This document shows, in pieces, positions 34,021-46,029 of a DNA stretch of 64,000 nt. The stretch is taken from IMG/VR virus record IMGVR_UViG_2061766007_000696; one strand, given 5' to 3'. Each line of letters starts with the position of its first letter. Positions within the stretch are counted from its first letter, which is position 1. A model generated the notes under the pieces. The model did not search any database, was not told the DNA's origin, and worked only from the letters and a program-made list of their open reading frames with translations. This DNA comes from an uncultured virus (IMG/VR IMGVR_UViG_2061766007_000696) (Duplodnaviria; Heunggongvirae; Uroviricota; Caudoviricetes). The translations under genes and the position numbers were made by a program.

Positions 34021-34444
34021 CTGTCTCTTAATGAGACAACTCTTCATTAAAAAACTTATACTTCTTACGTTGAGGAAATAGATTGGTATTTCCTCAACAA
34101 CAAGCTNNNNNNNNNNNNNNNNNNNNNNNNNNNNNNNNNNNNNNNNNNNNNNNNNNNNNNNNNNNNNNNNNNNNNNNNNNNNNNNNNNNNNNNNNNNNNN
34201 NNNNNNNNNNNNNNNNNNNNNNNNNNNNNNNNNNNNNNNNNNNNNNNNNNNNNNNNNNNNNNNNNNNNNNNNNNNNNNNNNNNNNNNNNNNNNNNNNNNN
34301 NNNNNNNNNNNNNNNNNNNNNNNNNNNNNNNNNNNNNNNNNNNNNNNNNNNNNNNNNNNNNNNNNNNNNNNNNNNNNNNNNNNNNNNNNNNNNNNNNNNN
34401 NNNNNNNNNNNNNNNNNNNNNNNNNNNNNNNNNNNNNNNNNNNN

Positions 34445-35031
34445 TATTATTTCTGAATATAATTTATCCACTGAACAATTAGATATTAATAGACATAATT
34501 TATTTTCTGAAATGGGTAAGAAAACTAATTCAAAAATGCGTATAGATTTAAAAGATGTATTTGATGGAAAAGTAAAATATCAAAGTTCTTATAATTTATT
34601 ACAAAGACTATTTAATGAANNNNNNNNNNNNNNNNNNNNNTTGTGGGATAACTGAATGGTTAGGAAAGCCTATTGCATTTCATTTGCATCATGAAGATGG
34701 TAATCATAATAATAATGCTTTAAGTAACCTCAAAGTTCTTTGTCCAAATTGTCATTCACAAACAGATAATTTTGCTGGGAAATCACGAAAAGCTTATAAA
34801 GATAAAAAAGACAAAAGAAAAATAGTTTCTGCTGTAAAAAAATCTTTAAAATTACCGCCTATTACTAGGGAGGAATTAAAGCGGAAGATTCGTTCAATAC
34901 CTTTTACAAGTATTGCTGGGGAGTACGGCGTAACTGATAATGCTATAAGAAAATGGTGCGATAAATATCAGTTACCAAGAAAAAAATCTGTAATTCAAAC
35001 CTATTCTGATGAGGAATGGGATAAAGTTTGA
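34445..35031 (+). CDS. HNH endonuclease with C-terminal HTH (5' end in gap)
   Basis: CGITEW..LHHEDGNHNNN..NLKVLCPNCHSQT; IAGEYGVTDNAIRKW. Confidence 0.85.
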
Positions 35032-35206
35032 CTTTAAACTATATTTAATTATTTTATGTGCGACAGTTCAAGTCTGTCTAGCTTGATCCTATGCTTCATC
35101 TAACCTTGAGTGCCAAAATGACAGAAGATGTTGACATAGAGATGTGTGGCTCACAAACGAGCTTGAAGGGGATAGTTCTCTGAGAGGGGAACTATCCTAG
35201 TCCCAA

Positions 35207-35290
35207 GGGGATATGGCGAAATCGGCAGGACGCTAAGCTCTTAAAAAGCTTTGAGGTAATCTCGTGTGAGTTCAAATCTCACTATCCCCA
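35207..35290 (+). tRNA. tRNA-Leu(TAA)
   Basis: GGGGATA/TATCCCC acceptor, AAGCT-cttaaaa-AGCTT, long variable arm, TTCAAAT T loop. Confidence 0.9.
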
Positions 35291-35296
35291 TTTTAA

Positions 35297-35369
35297 GTCC
35301 TCATAGCTCATTCAGCAGAGCAACAGACTTTTAATCTGTAGGTGCCGGGAGCAAAGCCCGGTGGGGACA
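35297..35369 (+). tRNA. tRNA-Lys(TTT) with atypical T loop
   Basis: GTCCTCA/TGGGGAC acceptor, ACAGA-cttttaa-TCTGT, CCGGG-AGCAAAG-CCCGG. Confidence 0.8.
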
Positions 35370-35502
35370 TCATGTAACTCAAGAAACAACCCATTATTAT
35401 ACAAAGTTTAAAATCTCCGTTTGTTTTGATAGTGCTGTATTAAAAATCCTATATAAGTTTCGCCTATTTACATAAAAGTTTTTCGTTTTCTTGAGTTACA
35501 CT

Positions 35503-35605
35503 TAGTCCTTTTCTATTTAGAGAATACTCAAATTTCACAAAACCTTTTAAGGCTGATTGGGATGGACGCAATTTGGGTAAGGTGGTGCAAATCCATCAAG
35601 GACTA
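35503..35605 (+). ncRNA. tRNA-like RNA with 35-nt insert at the anticodon position
   Basis: TAGTCCTT/AAGGACTA, TTCT/AGAA, ACTCAAATT/AATTTGGGT, GGTGG-TGCAAAT-CCATC. Confidence 0.6.
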
Positions 35606-35607
35606 TT

Positions 35608-36210
35608 ATGAAAAAATTAACAGTAATTTTTTTGCTACTAATGACATGCAATATTAAATGCCAAGCGTCAGAAGGAATTTGGGAACATATTGAAAATATT
35701 CCCACAGAGATGGTAGTAGCACCATCTACAGAAATTGTTGAAGTTATACCTGAACAGCCATTATGTAGGGAGGTGGANNNNNNNNNNNNNNNNNAGACAT
35801 GGATGCCTTACACATTGTTCGGTAAGAAAACTCGACAATATGAATTACAACAATACGCTGAAACAGATTCATTAGGATTTCGATGTATTGCAGGCAGATA
35901 TCTAGTTGCGGTAGGTAGTGCAGCGGAAGTATCAATAGGACAATATGTAGATATTGTTTTAGAAAATGGGGAGATAATTCCATGCATTATTGGTGACAGT
36001 AAAGCAGATAGCGATACGTATCCAGATAATCTGACAACAAAAGGCAGTGGATGTGTTTGTGAATTCATAGTAGATACAGATGTCCTTACTAAGAGGATTA
36101 GAGGTAGTGGGGATGTCTCATCAATAGATGAATCTTATGATTCACCTGTTGATAAAATAATAGTGTATGAAAAACTAAATTTCTTTGGGGGCGAAGAAGA
36201 TGATCTGTAA
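35608..36210 (+). CDS. secreted protein, possible 3D/cell-wall hydrolase-like fold
   Basis: signal peptide; YLVAVGS..GQYVDI..IIGDSKAD..EFIVD. Confidence 0.5.
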   Translation: MKKLTVIFLLLMTCNIKCQASEGIWEHIENIPTEMVVAPSTEIVEVIPEQPLCREVXXXXXXXTWMPYTLFGKKTRQYELQQYAETDSLGFRCIAGRYLVAVGSAAEVSIGQYVDIVLENGEIIPCIIGDSKADSDTYPDNLTTKGSGCVCEFIVDTDVLTKRIRGSGDVSSIDESYDSPVDKIIVYEKLNFFGGEEDDL

Positions 36211-36442
36211 ATTCAATAGTCTTATTGATGTTGTAAATATTTCTCGTTTTACAACTTTACAATTACCAAATTCTGATATTAATATCTCAAGGGGAACAAT
36301 CTGTGTAGATGCTAAATCTATTATGGGCGTTGCTAGTCTTGACCTTTCCAAAGAATATACTGTCGAAATCATCACTAATAATGAGGATGAAAAGGAAAAA
36401 TTTATCTGTTATTTCGAGCAGTTTAATGCTCTAAAAAACTAA
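36200..36442 (+). CDS. HPr-like protein
   Basis: VDAKSIMGV regulatory Ser46-type motif; no His15 motif. Confidence 0.75.
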   Translation: MICKFNSLIDVVNISRFTTLQLPNSDINISRGTICVDAKSIMGVASLDLSKEYTVEIITNNEDEKEKFICYFEQFNALKN

Positions 36443-37812
36443 TAAAGGGGGAAAATTGAATATGGCAACATACAACGTTGGTGACAAAGTAATGGTTCCA
36501 GCTACAGTTTCAGGTATAAATGTAGATGAAACTGGATTATATCTGGATCTTAAGATTAAAGCCAATAACAAGATTGTAAATCTTCATTGTGAGGAAGAGG
36601 ATATTTCACAATCTGAATCTTCAGAAACAACAACTGATACAGAAACAACTGAACCTTAATATGATACCTCCTTGGGAAAACACTGTCCCAAGTTAATATA
36701 GCCCATAAGTATTCATTGCTTGTGGGCTATTTCTAAAAGGAGTAAAAAAATGGCAGACATTACAATTTGTTCAAATCTTACATGTCCAAAGCGTATGACA
36801 TGCTTCAGATGGGTTGCAAAGCCTAACAAAATTCAAGCATATAGCAAATTTTCTACATGTAATAAAGAAAGTGGATATCCTCATTATATTCCGGCAACTC
36901 TTGTTGAAATAAATGCTTATAAGCAAAGAGAGGGGATTATTGATGAGAAATAGGAAAAGAATAAAAAATAATAAAAGAAACAAACTAAAGATAAAAAAGT
37001 TAGTTAAAAAATATCCTTGGCTTATCCCAAATTCTCAGTATTATACAGGTCGGATTCTTAAAAAACGTAATTGGAATTATTCCTGGACTTGGTATGACGA
37101 TATGCCGAGAGGTTGGGAAAAGTGTTTTGGGAATATGTTTCTTGAGGAGTTAGACGCTGCTATNNNNNNNNNNNNNNNNNNNNNNNNNNNNNAGATCAGC
37201 TTAAAGAAAAATATGGACGGTTAACTGTATATGTTCATGGTTTTAATGATGAGATAATGCGAATTATTGATAAGTATGAATATATCAGTGCAAATATCTG
37301 TATCTCTTGTGGGGCTTATGATGTCCCTATGGTTAATGAATCTTGGATTTCTCCACATTGTTTTTCTTGTTTTAGAAAAAATCAAATATTAACTGATAAA
37401 TGGTATTCAGAAAATTATAAAGATTATAAACCAAAAACAGAGGAACAGATTCGAGATTTGTATAATAAATTAACCTCTGATGAGAAATCTGATTGGAAAA
37501 TGCCNNNNNNNNNNNNNNNNNNNNNNNNNNNNNNNNNNNNNNNNTTTTCTAAAGATGGTGATACAGAAACAACTTACGATATTTCTGATACGGTAGCAAA
37601 AATAAGGGGAAGATATGAGAAGAAGTGACGACCCTTTGAGGGATTTTGCTTTATGGGATGATGATCAGGAAGAAAAATTAAATAAAAGACCAATATGTTA
37701 TATGTGCGGTAAACATGTTCAAGATGATTGCTTTTTTGAAATTGAACATGAAATATACTGTGAACATTGTATTAATGATTGTAAAAAATATTTTGATTGA
37801 GGGGGATTGAGT

Positions 37813-38020
37813 ATGAAGGCTACTTTATATACAACTAATTGTCCTAAATGTCGAGTGCTTGAAACAAAATTAAAACAAAAAAATATAGAATTTGATGTTG
37901 TGGATGATGAAAATATCATGATTGAAAAAGGTTTTATGGAAGCTCCTATGTTTGAAGTTGATGAAAAAATAATGGGATTTCCTGAAGCTATAAATTGGNN
38001 NNNNNNNNNNNNNNNNNNNN
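37813..38020 (+). CDS. NrdH/glutaredoxin-like protein
   Basis: LYTTNCPKC, next to nrdD. Confidence 0.75.
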
Positions 38021-38021
38021 N

Positions 38022-39882
38022 ATGGGGGTTGAAAGGTATGAAAAATATAGGTCATATCTTGACTTTATAAAAAAATACAGAACAGTAAGTAATGCTTCAA
38101 CAGGAAGTGCGGTTGACTCAAATGCTAATGTAGAAAATAAAAACGTAACAACTTGTACTGGCGAATTAATGAAAGCAGATTTTATTGGAATTAACAGATT
38201 ACAAATGTCTGATATGCTTACAAAATTATATGGCAAAGATATTGCCAATGAGTATATAAGACAATTAGATAGTCATGAAATTTATAAACATGATGAAACA
38301 CAGCCATTACTTCCTTATTGCGTAAGNNNNNNNNNNNNNNNNGGATGGAAGAAATTGGTGGAATATCAGCACCTCCTAAAAATTTACAATCGTTTTGTGG
38401 GTCATTTATAAATCTTGTTTTTGCTATATCTGCACAATTTGCAGGAGCAGTAAGTACTCCAGAATTTCTGACTNNNNNNNNNNNNNNNNNNNNNNNNNNN
38501 GATGATTATTATAAACATCCTACAAAAGTAGTAGATAATTCAAATAAAAAAAGAACAATTGAAGATGTTCTTACACAGTACTTTCAGCAGGTTTGCTATT
38601 CATTAAATCAACCAGCAGCTGCAAGAAATTATCAAAGTGTTTTTTGGAATATAGCATATTTTGACAAAGCATATTTTGAAGGAATATTTGATGATTTTGT
38701 TTTCCCTGATGGTTCAAAACCTACTTTTGATTCTGTTATGTGGCTTCAGAAAAAATTTATGGAATGGTTTAATCAAGAAAGATTAAGAAAGATATTAACA
38801 TTTCCTGTTGAAACAGCAAACCTTTTAAATCATACAGACGCAAATGGTAATTCATATTTNNNNNNNNNNNNNNNNNNNNNNNNNNNTTTTGTTGCAGAAA
38901 TGTGGAGTAAAGGACATTCATTTTTCTTATATACAAGCGATAGTGTAGATAGTTTGGCTTCATGTTGTAGATTACGTAATGAACTCCAAGATAATACATT
39001 TTCTTATACTCTTGGAGCAGGTGGCGTAAGTACTGGAAGCAAATGCGTTATAACTATTAATTTTAATAGGTTAGTTCAAAACATATACAAGAATCGAGAA
39101 GAATATATTAAAGATAACGGTCATCAAAAACTTGATAAAGCAATAAGAGAACAAGTTAATAAAATTCATAAATATTTGATTGCTTATAATGAGAATCTTA
39201 TAGAAAATTTAAAAGCTGGATTAATGCCAGTTTATGATGCTGGTTATATTAGTATGGATAAACAGTTTCTTACTATTGGTATAAATGGTCTTGTAGAAGG
39301 AGCAGAATTTTTAGGTATCTCAATTACACCTAATGATGAATATGAAGAATATTGTACTGCTTGTCTAAAACCAATTTACGAAGAAAACAAAAACGATAAA
39401 ACGTCTGAAATTATGTTTAATACCGAATACGTGCCTGCCGAAAATCTAGGAGTTAAAAATGCAAAATGGGACAAAGAGGCTGGTTATTTCTCTCCAAGAG
39501 ATTGTTATAATTCATATTTTTATAAACCTGATGATCCTACACTTTCAATTATTGATAAATTGATTTTACATGGTAAAAAAACAACAAAATGGTTAGATGG
39601 GGGCAGTGCGCTGCATTTGAATTTAAACGAACATCTAACAAAAGAGNNNNNNNNNNNNNNNNNACAGGTTGTCAATATTTTACATTCAATATTCCTAATA
39701 CGGTTTGTAATGATTGCGGATATATAAGTAAACATAAATTTGATAAATGTCCTAGATGTAGTTCTGAGAATGTTGATTGGGCAACAAGAGTTATTGGATA
39801 TCTTAAGCTGATTTCTAAGTTCTCTGAAAAAAGACAAGAGGAAGCAGATAAGAGATATTACATAGACGGAACGGAGTACTAA
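38022..39882 (+). CDS. nrdD: anaerobic ribonucleoside-triphosphate reductase (frame changes at gaps)
   Basis: IYKHD, PYCV, TFPVET, ASCCRL, PAE, GGS, zinc ribbon and RVIGYL glycyl-radical motif. Confidence 0.9.
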
Positions 39883-40357
39883 ATGAATCCGCTGAGATAT
39901 AAAGGTTATGCCATTGCACTTGAGGAAATTCCTAATGAAATAAGTTTAGCTTTTAATATNNNNNNNNNNNNNNNATGGCTGCCATTCTCAGTACTTATGG
40001 AATTATTCTGGGGATTTACTAATTGATAATATAGAAAGGGTACTGAATAAATATTATCAATACATAACTTGTGTATGTTTTATGGGTGGAGATCAAAACA
40101 TTATAGAACTTGAAGAAGCATGTGAATATGTAAAAGATAAGTATCATTTAAAAACAGCAATATATTCTGGAAACTCAAACATATCAACATTTCAACAATT
40201 GATAGATTTATCTCTTATAGATTATTTAAAAATAGGGAAATATATAAAAGAATGTGGAGGTCTAAATAATCCTAAAACTAATCAACGAATGTATTTTATA
40301 CAAAAAAAAGACATTATAGATATTACGTATTTATTCCAAAAAAAGATAAATGAGTAA
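39883..40357 (+). CDS. nrdG: anaerobic RNR activating radical SAM protein
   Basis: EIPNEISLAFN..GCHS, CVCFMGGD, YLKIG..GGL..TNQR. Confidence 0.85.
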
Positions 40358-41177
40358 TCGAAAAGATTATACTGGGAAACAATTTGGAAATAGACTTATT
40401 GTTCGAAATTATTGTACAGATGAGGATTGGATTAAAATTAATAAACCAATTCCAAATGAAAAAACTAAATACAGANNNNNNNNNNNNNNNNNNNNNNNNN
40501 NNNNNNNNNNNNNNNNNNNNNNNNNNNNNNNATAAGAAGTGAAGAAGATTCTTATAACAGATGTTGTTTTTGTTCAAATATAGGTAATCGCTATAATCTT
40601 GAAAGTGATACAAACGAATGGGTTCTTAACGATAATAACGCAGTATGTAAAATTGTATATAAAGATAAGATATATGATTGTTTTATTGATTTAGAAGATT
40701 NNNNNNNNNNNNNNNNNNNNNNNNNNNNNNNNNNNNNNNNNNNNNNNNNNNNNNNNNNNNNNNNNNNNNNNNNNNNNNNNNNNNNNNNNNNNNNNNNNNN
40801 NNNNNNNNNNNNNNATAGATCACATTGATGGTAATAGTCTAAATAATAGAAAAAATAACTTAAGAGCCGTAACGCATTTAACTAACGTTGATAATATAAA
40901 AAAAGTAAGAACAGATAACAAAATAGGAATACGAGGTATTTCATATGANNNNNNNNNNNNNNNNNNNNNNNNNNNNNNNNNNNNAGATTTTTCTTATCAT
41001 AATATTCGAATATATGTTAAACCATGGAAGACATTAGATGAAGCAATATATTGTCGTTTATGTTTAGAAAATATTTTTGGATTTGAATTAATAATAAATA
41101 ATGAAAATGCAAAAAATTATTATTTAAATTCATTTCAAAAAGAACAAATCGAAAATTATGTAAAAGAAAAAGTAAGA
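40350..41177 (+). CDS. HNH endonuclease (gap-fragmented)
   Basis: KDYTGKQFG; IDHIDGNSLNNRKNNLR near 40815-40865. Confidence 0.7.
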
Positions 41178-41702
41178 NNNNNNNNNNNNNNNNNNNNNNN
41201 NNNNNNNNNNNNNNNNNNNNNNNNNNNNNNNNNNNNNNNNNNNNNNNNNNNNNNNNNNNNNNNNNNNNNNNNNNNNNNNNNNNNNNNNNNNNNNNNNNNN
41301 NNNNNNNNNNNNNNNNNNNNNNNNNNNNNNNNNNNNNNNNNNNNNNNNNNNNNNNNNNNNNNNNNNNNNNNNNNNNNNNNNNNNNNNNNNNNNNNNNNNN
41401 NNNNNNNNNNNNNNNNNNNNNNNNNNNNNNNNNNNNNNNNNNNNNNNNNNNNNNNNNNNNNNNNNNNNNNNNNNNNNNNNNNNNNNNNNNNNNNNNNNNN
41501 NNNNNNNNNNNNNNNNNNNNNNNNNNNNNNNNNNNNNNNNNNNNNNNNNNNNNNNNNNNNNNNNNNNNNNNNNNNNNNNNNNNNNNNNNNNNNNNNNNNN
41601 NNNNNNNNNNNNNNNNNNNNNNNNNNNNNNNNNNNNNNNNNNNNNNNNNNNNNNNNNNNNNNNNNNNNNNNNNNNNNNNNNNNNNNNNNNNNNNNNNNNN
41701 NN

Positions 41703-42034
41703 TTATAATGCCGGGAAGGTCGTATAAATTTCCTACAGGAATTGCAATAACGCCACCAAACGGTTATTTTGGTGCAATTTTTGCTAGATCAGGATTATCA
41801 GTTAAACAAGGACTCAGACCATGCACATGTGTTTCTGTAATTGATTATGATTATGCAGGGGAAGTTGTTGTACCAATTTATAATGACAGTACTGAAAGTC
41901 AGATAGTACAAGCTCATGAAAGAATCGCACAGTTAGTGTTACTTCCGTATATTAATGTTGATATTCAAGAGGTTGATGAATTAGACAAAACAGAAAGAGG
42001 AGAGGGCGGTTTCGGCTCAACAGGAAAGTTATGA
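41703..42034 (+). CDS. dut: dUTPase (5' end in gap)
   Basis: ARSGL, VIDYDYAGE, RIAQL, RGEGGFGSTG. Confidence 0.95.
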
Positions 42035-43221
42035 ACAAAATGTATCTCAAAAGGATTAAAGAGGACGGATCAATTCCATTCCGATGTAAAAACAAAAGAA
42101 TAAAATCCGTAATGGTGTTGGACAAACTTAAACAAATTAACTTCACATTATATCCATATCATACTAAAGATGCTATAATAGTAGATAAAGAATACGCAGG
42201 TTTAGATGCTTGCATATTCGTTGAATATTAAACAAGGATGGTATGAAAATGTTGGGAAAAATTCTATGTAGATTTTTCAAAATACATACTCCAAACCGTA
42301 GCTTAGATATTAATTTTAAAAGTCATTGTAAATACTGTGGCAAGGATATTGTTAAAATTGACGGTAAGTGGAGATGCACTTATAACGATTGATTAGTCAA
42401 GAGGGGGATATGACTGATAAACAAAAAGAAATCATCAATATATTTAAAACACTTATTTCCAAATTCGGTTATCAAGAAATCTCTAAATTATTGGNNNNNN
42501 NNNNNNNNNTGAATACGACTGAATTTAATACAACAGATCAAATAGCAGAGAGAGAAAAAGTGAAGGCATTAAAGCATAATCTTCCTGATCCTGACTTTGA
42601 TTTCCGAGATTTTTATATTAAAGGGGATATTCTTTTTTACGCATATATCAACGAATTAATGGGTGAAAAAGAGGTTATAAAAATAAAAGTCAGAACTGTA
42701 TATGCTAGAACATTGGTCGGTTATGAAGAAAATGCAGGATGCCACATGATAGGCATAAACACCAGAGATAGAATCTTTAAGAATGAATCAGAGGCAGACG
42801 CTTTTCTGAAAACCGTCAAAGTTAAAGCACTTTACGGCTGACAGAAAGGGGGATGTGCAGATGAAATCCTTGTGCTCATATTGTGAGTATAAGAATAAAT
42901 GCTCTGCTGATACGAAACGTAATTGCGAACTTCTTGAAGATTGCGACGAGTTTGAGCGCAGAGAGGTTCGAGATAAGAATAAAAAACGCCACCAGGAACA
43001 ATAATGGGTGTGTAATTTGATAGGTACGTTCTCTGGTGGCGTACCTATTATAACATAATTGAGGGATGTATAAAGCATTTGATAAAAATATTTAAGAGAT
43101 AACGATATGGAATAACTCACCAAATGGCGAGTAAATGGAGAACAAATGAAGAAGGTCATATTTATTATATCAATATTGATTTACTTAGCTATGTCAGGAA
43201 TATTGATATATGGAACATGGA

Positions 43222-43750
43222 TGTTTGGATATTAGGAGGATGCATGACAAAAGAGGAATTTGAAGCAAGAGTGCATGAGATTAAGGAAAAGGCTTGGCAG
43301 TTAGGAGCTAATCAATATGCTGATGGATTTGAAAAAGGCTATGCAGAAGGAGCGAGAAACCAAGATGAAGTTCAATATAAGCATGGCTACGAAGCAGGTG
43401 TTGTTGATGGAAAGAAAAGCATAGAAGCCTTAGAAGCTGCTTCCTACAATATTTGGTATGAAAAAGGTTTAGAGGCTTTATGGGAGATGTGGCATTGGTA
43501 TCTGAATAATGACCTAGAAACAATACGCAGTATATTTCCTGAGCATAAACCCCATGAAACATTTATGGTTATGGCAAAAAGAGTTGGATTAGCTGAATCT
43601 GTAAGAAGAATTAAAGAGCACATGAAAGCTGATACTGGGTTACTTTACAGTACTATATCCGACCTGAAAGCAGACTACACTAAAGAGCAGATAGTTAAGG
43701 CACTAAAGGACAATGACATTGAGGTTATAGAGGTGGTAGAGCATGAGTGA
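43222..43750 (+). CDS. hypothetical protein with GYxxG repeats; start uncertain
   Basis: GFEKGYAEG / GYEAG repeats. Confidence 0.5.
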
Positions 43751-44596
43751 GAATAGAGTGTGTTGTAACTGCCGTCATAATATCAGAAGTGGCAAAGTTA
43801 CTAATATTGAATGTCATTGTGAAATTACTGGTGATTGGCTCAGTTATCTTACAGTTATGACATACTGGTGTAGAAGGTGGGCGAAAGAACACAAATTTGA
43901 AGAGGTGAAACATGAGTAGTGTATATAGAGATACAACAGTCACATTAACAGAGGAAGAGAGAAAACTGTTAAAGGCTGCAATAGAGAAATGCAAAGAGAT
44001 TGCAAGCGATTGTAATGATGAGGATCTATTTGTTGATGCAAGTAATGTTTTTTACTCTTTGTATGAAAGTTACAAAAATAACGAGCTTCCTGCTGTGGTA
44101 CACATTTATGAGTGAGGTAGAGAAATGACAAACGGANNNNNNNNNNNATGAGAATAGACGTGTTTTCGTCTTATGTAGATGTAATGGGGGAAAATTATGA
44201 ATTTTATAATCAGTATCCGTTAAAGTGGTGGAACGCAGAATATAAAGAGCCAACTACTAAGAATGATTTAGGAGTTGATGCAGCGGTAGTACCTTTTTTG
44301 GATACTATCAGCAGACAAGAAGCAATAGATACCATAAGACAGTTATATTTAGACCTTGCTTCACAAAAAGCGGTTATTGATATTCTAAAAGTATTGCCCT
44401 CAGTAACACCAATAAGACCAAAAGGGCATTGGATAGGACATAGAGAGCATTGTGAGAATTTAGGAGTAATACCAAGTGGTTTAGGTGCTTATGAATGGTG
44501 TTCTAATTGCGATTGCGGTATTGATGTTAGGGAGTGGCATAGTAATCATTACAATTATTGCCCTAATTGCGGAGCAGATATGAGAGGTGAGGTAGA

Positions 44597-45088
44597 ATGA
44601 CAAGAGAAGTAATTACGAGAGATATCGTTGGTTATGAAGGGCTATATACTATTGATATTTTTGGAAATGTCATAAATCTCAAAAACAATAGGGAAGTAAA
44701 ACAACAAAAAAATAAGTTTGGTTACATGTGTGTTTCGCTTTATAAGGATAAGAAACAAAAACAATATAGAGTACATCGACTAATTGCAGAAACATTTATT
44801 TCCAATCCTCAAAATAAAGAACAGGTAAATCATATAGATGGTGATAAAACACATAATGTTGTATGGAATCTTGAATGGACTACATCAAAAGAAAACAACA
44901 TTCATGCAAGTGATGTAGGGTTGGTTCACAAGGCAAGAAAAGTAAAAATAGTAGAAACTGGAGAGGTGTTTAATTCACTTGGAAGTTGTGCGAGAGCAAT
45001 TAATGGTAATGCAGGAGATATATCAAGATGTATTCATTCAAGAGGAACTAAAACACATAAAGGTTATACTTTTGAAGAGGTGGAATAA
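44597..45088 (+). CDS. NUMOD4/HNH homing endonuclease
   Basis: DIVGYEGLY, VHRLIA, VNHIDGDKTHN..NLEW. Confidence 0.9.
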   Translation: MTREVITRDIVGYEGLYTIDIFGNVINLKNNREVKQQKNKFGYMCVSLYKDKKQKQYRVHRLIAETFISNPQNKEQVNHIDGDKTHNVVWNLEWTTSKENNIHASDVGLVHKARKVKIVETGEVFNSLGSCARAINGNAGDISRCIHSRGTKTHKGYTFEEVE

Positions 45089-45435
45089 ATAGGAATGTCA
45101 AGAGAAGAAGCAATAACAGTATTAAAAACATTTATGGAAAATCCGTTATTCAGTGAGGTTCACAAAGCTGCATTTAATATCGCAATACATGATATAAAGC
45201 AACGTCACGATTGGGATATTAATAAATTGATGTTAGTGCCTAAAACAGAATGGGAACAAGACCACGCTATATTAAAGGCTTATTCTGATGGAGCAAATGA
45301 GGTTCTTGACAAAATAAGAGCCGAGATAGAAGCATTATCGAACGCAAATCCATCATATTGGCATGGTGGCGATATGGTAGACCGTGATGATGTGTTGGAG
45401 ATTATCGACAGTTATAAAGACAATGGGGGAGATAA

Positions 45436-45897
45436 ATGAAGTTTAAACCTAAACATGGAATGGCAAAAACAAGATTATATAAAACATGGACTAACATGAG
45501 GGACAGATGCAATTTGAAGAAAGGCAAGGAATATCAACATTATGGTGGCAGAGGGATAAAAGTTTGTGATGAATGGCAAAACAGCTTTGAAACGTTCATG
45601 GAGTGGGCTATGACTCATGGGTATGATGACACTTTAACTATTGACCGAATAGATGTTGATGGAAATTATGAGCCAAGTAATTGTCGTTGGATTACTCGAC
45701 AAGAGCAGAACAACAACAGAAGAATAAATATTTATTTAACTCATGATGGTGTTACTCACACTTTAAAAGAGTGGAGCTGTATAACAGGAATAAAATATCC
45801 AACATTACAAGGCAGAGTAAGAAGGGGTTGGAGAACAGAAGATATATTATTCAGACCGATATCTCATGACAAGTACAAGGCAGAAAGTGAGGAATAG
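45436..45897 (+). CDS. HNH-type endonuclease
   Basis: YGGRGIKVC..W, TIDRIDVDGNYEPSNCRW. Confidence 0.85.
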   Translation: MKFKPKHGMAKTRLYKTWTNMRDRCNLKKGKEYQHYGGRGIKVCDEWQNSFETFMEWAMTHGYDDTLTIDRIDVDGNYEPSNCRWITRQEQNNNRRINIYLTHDGVTHTLKEWSCITGIKYPTLQGRVRRGWRTEDILFRPISHDKYKAESEE

Positions 45898-46029
45898 GGA
45901 ATGATATTCAGAGTATGTCTTATTATTGCTAACGCTATTTGTGTAGCAACAACAGATAACAAGGTAGTTAAGATTTTAGGAGTGTCGGCTATATCACTTA
46001 TGAGTATATCTTTTTTGGGGAGGTAGACA

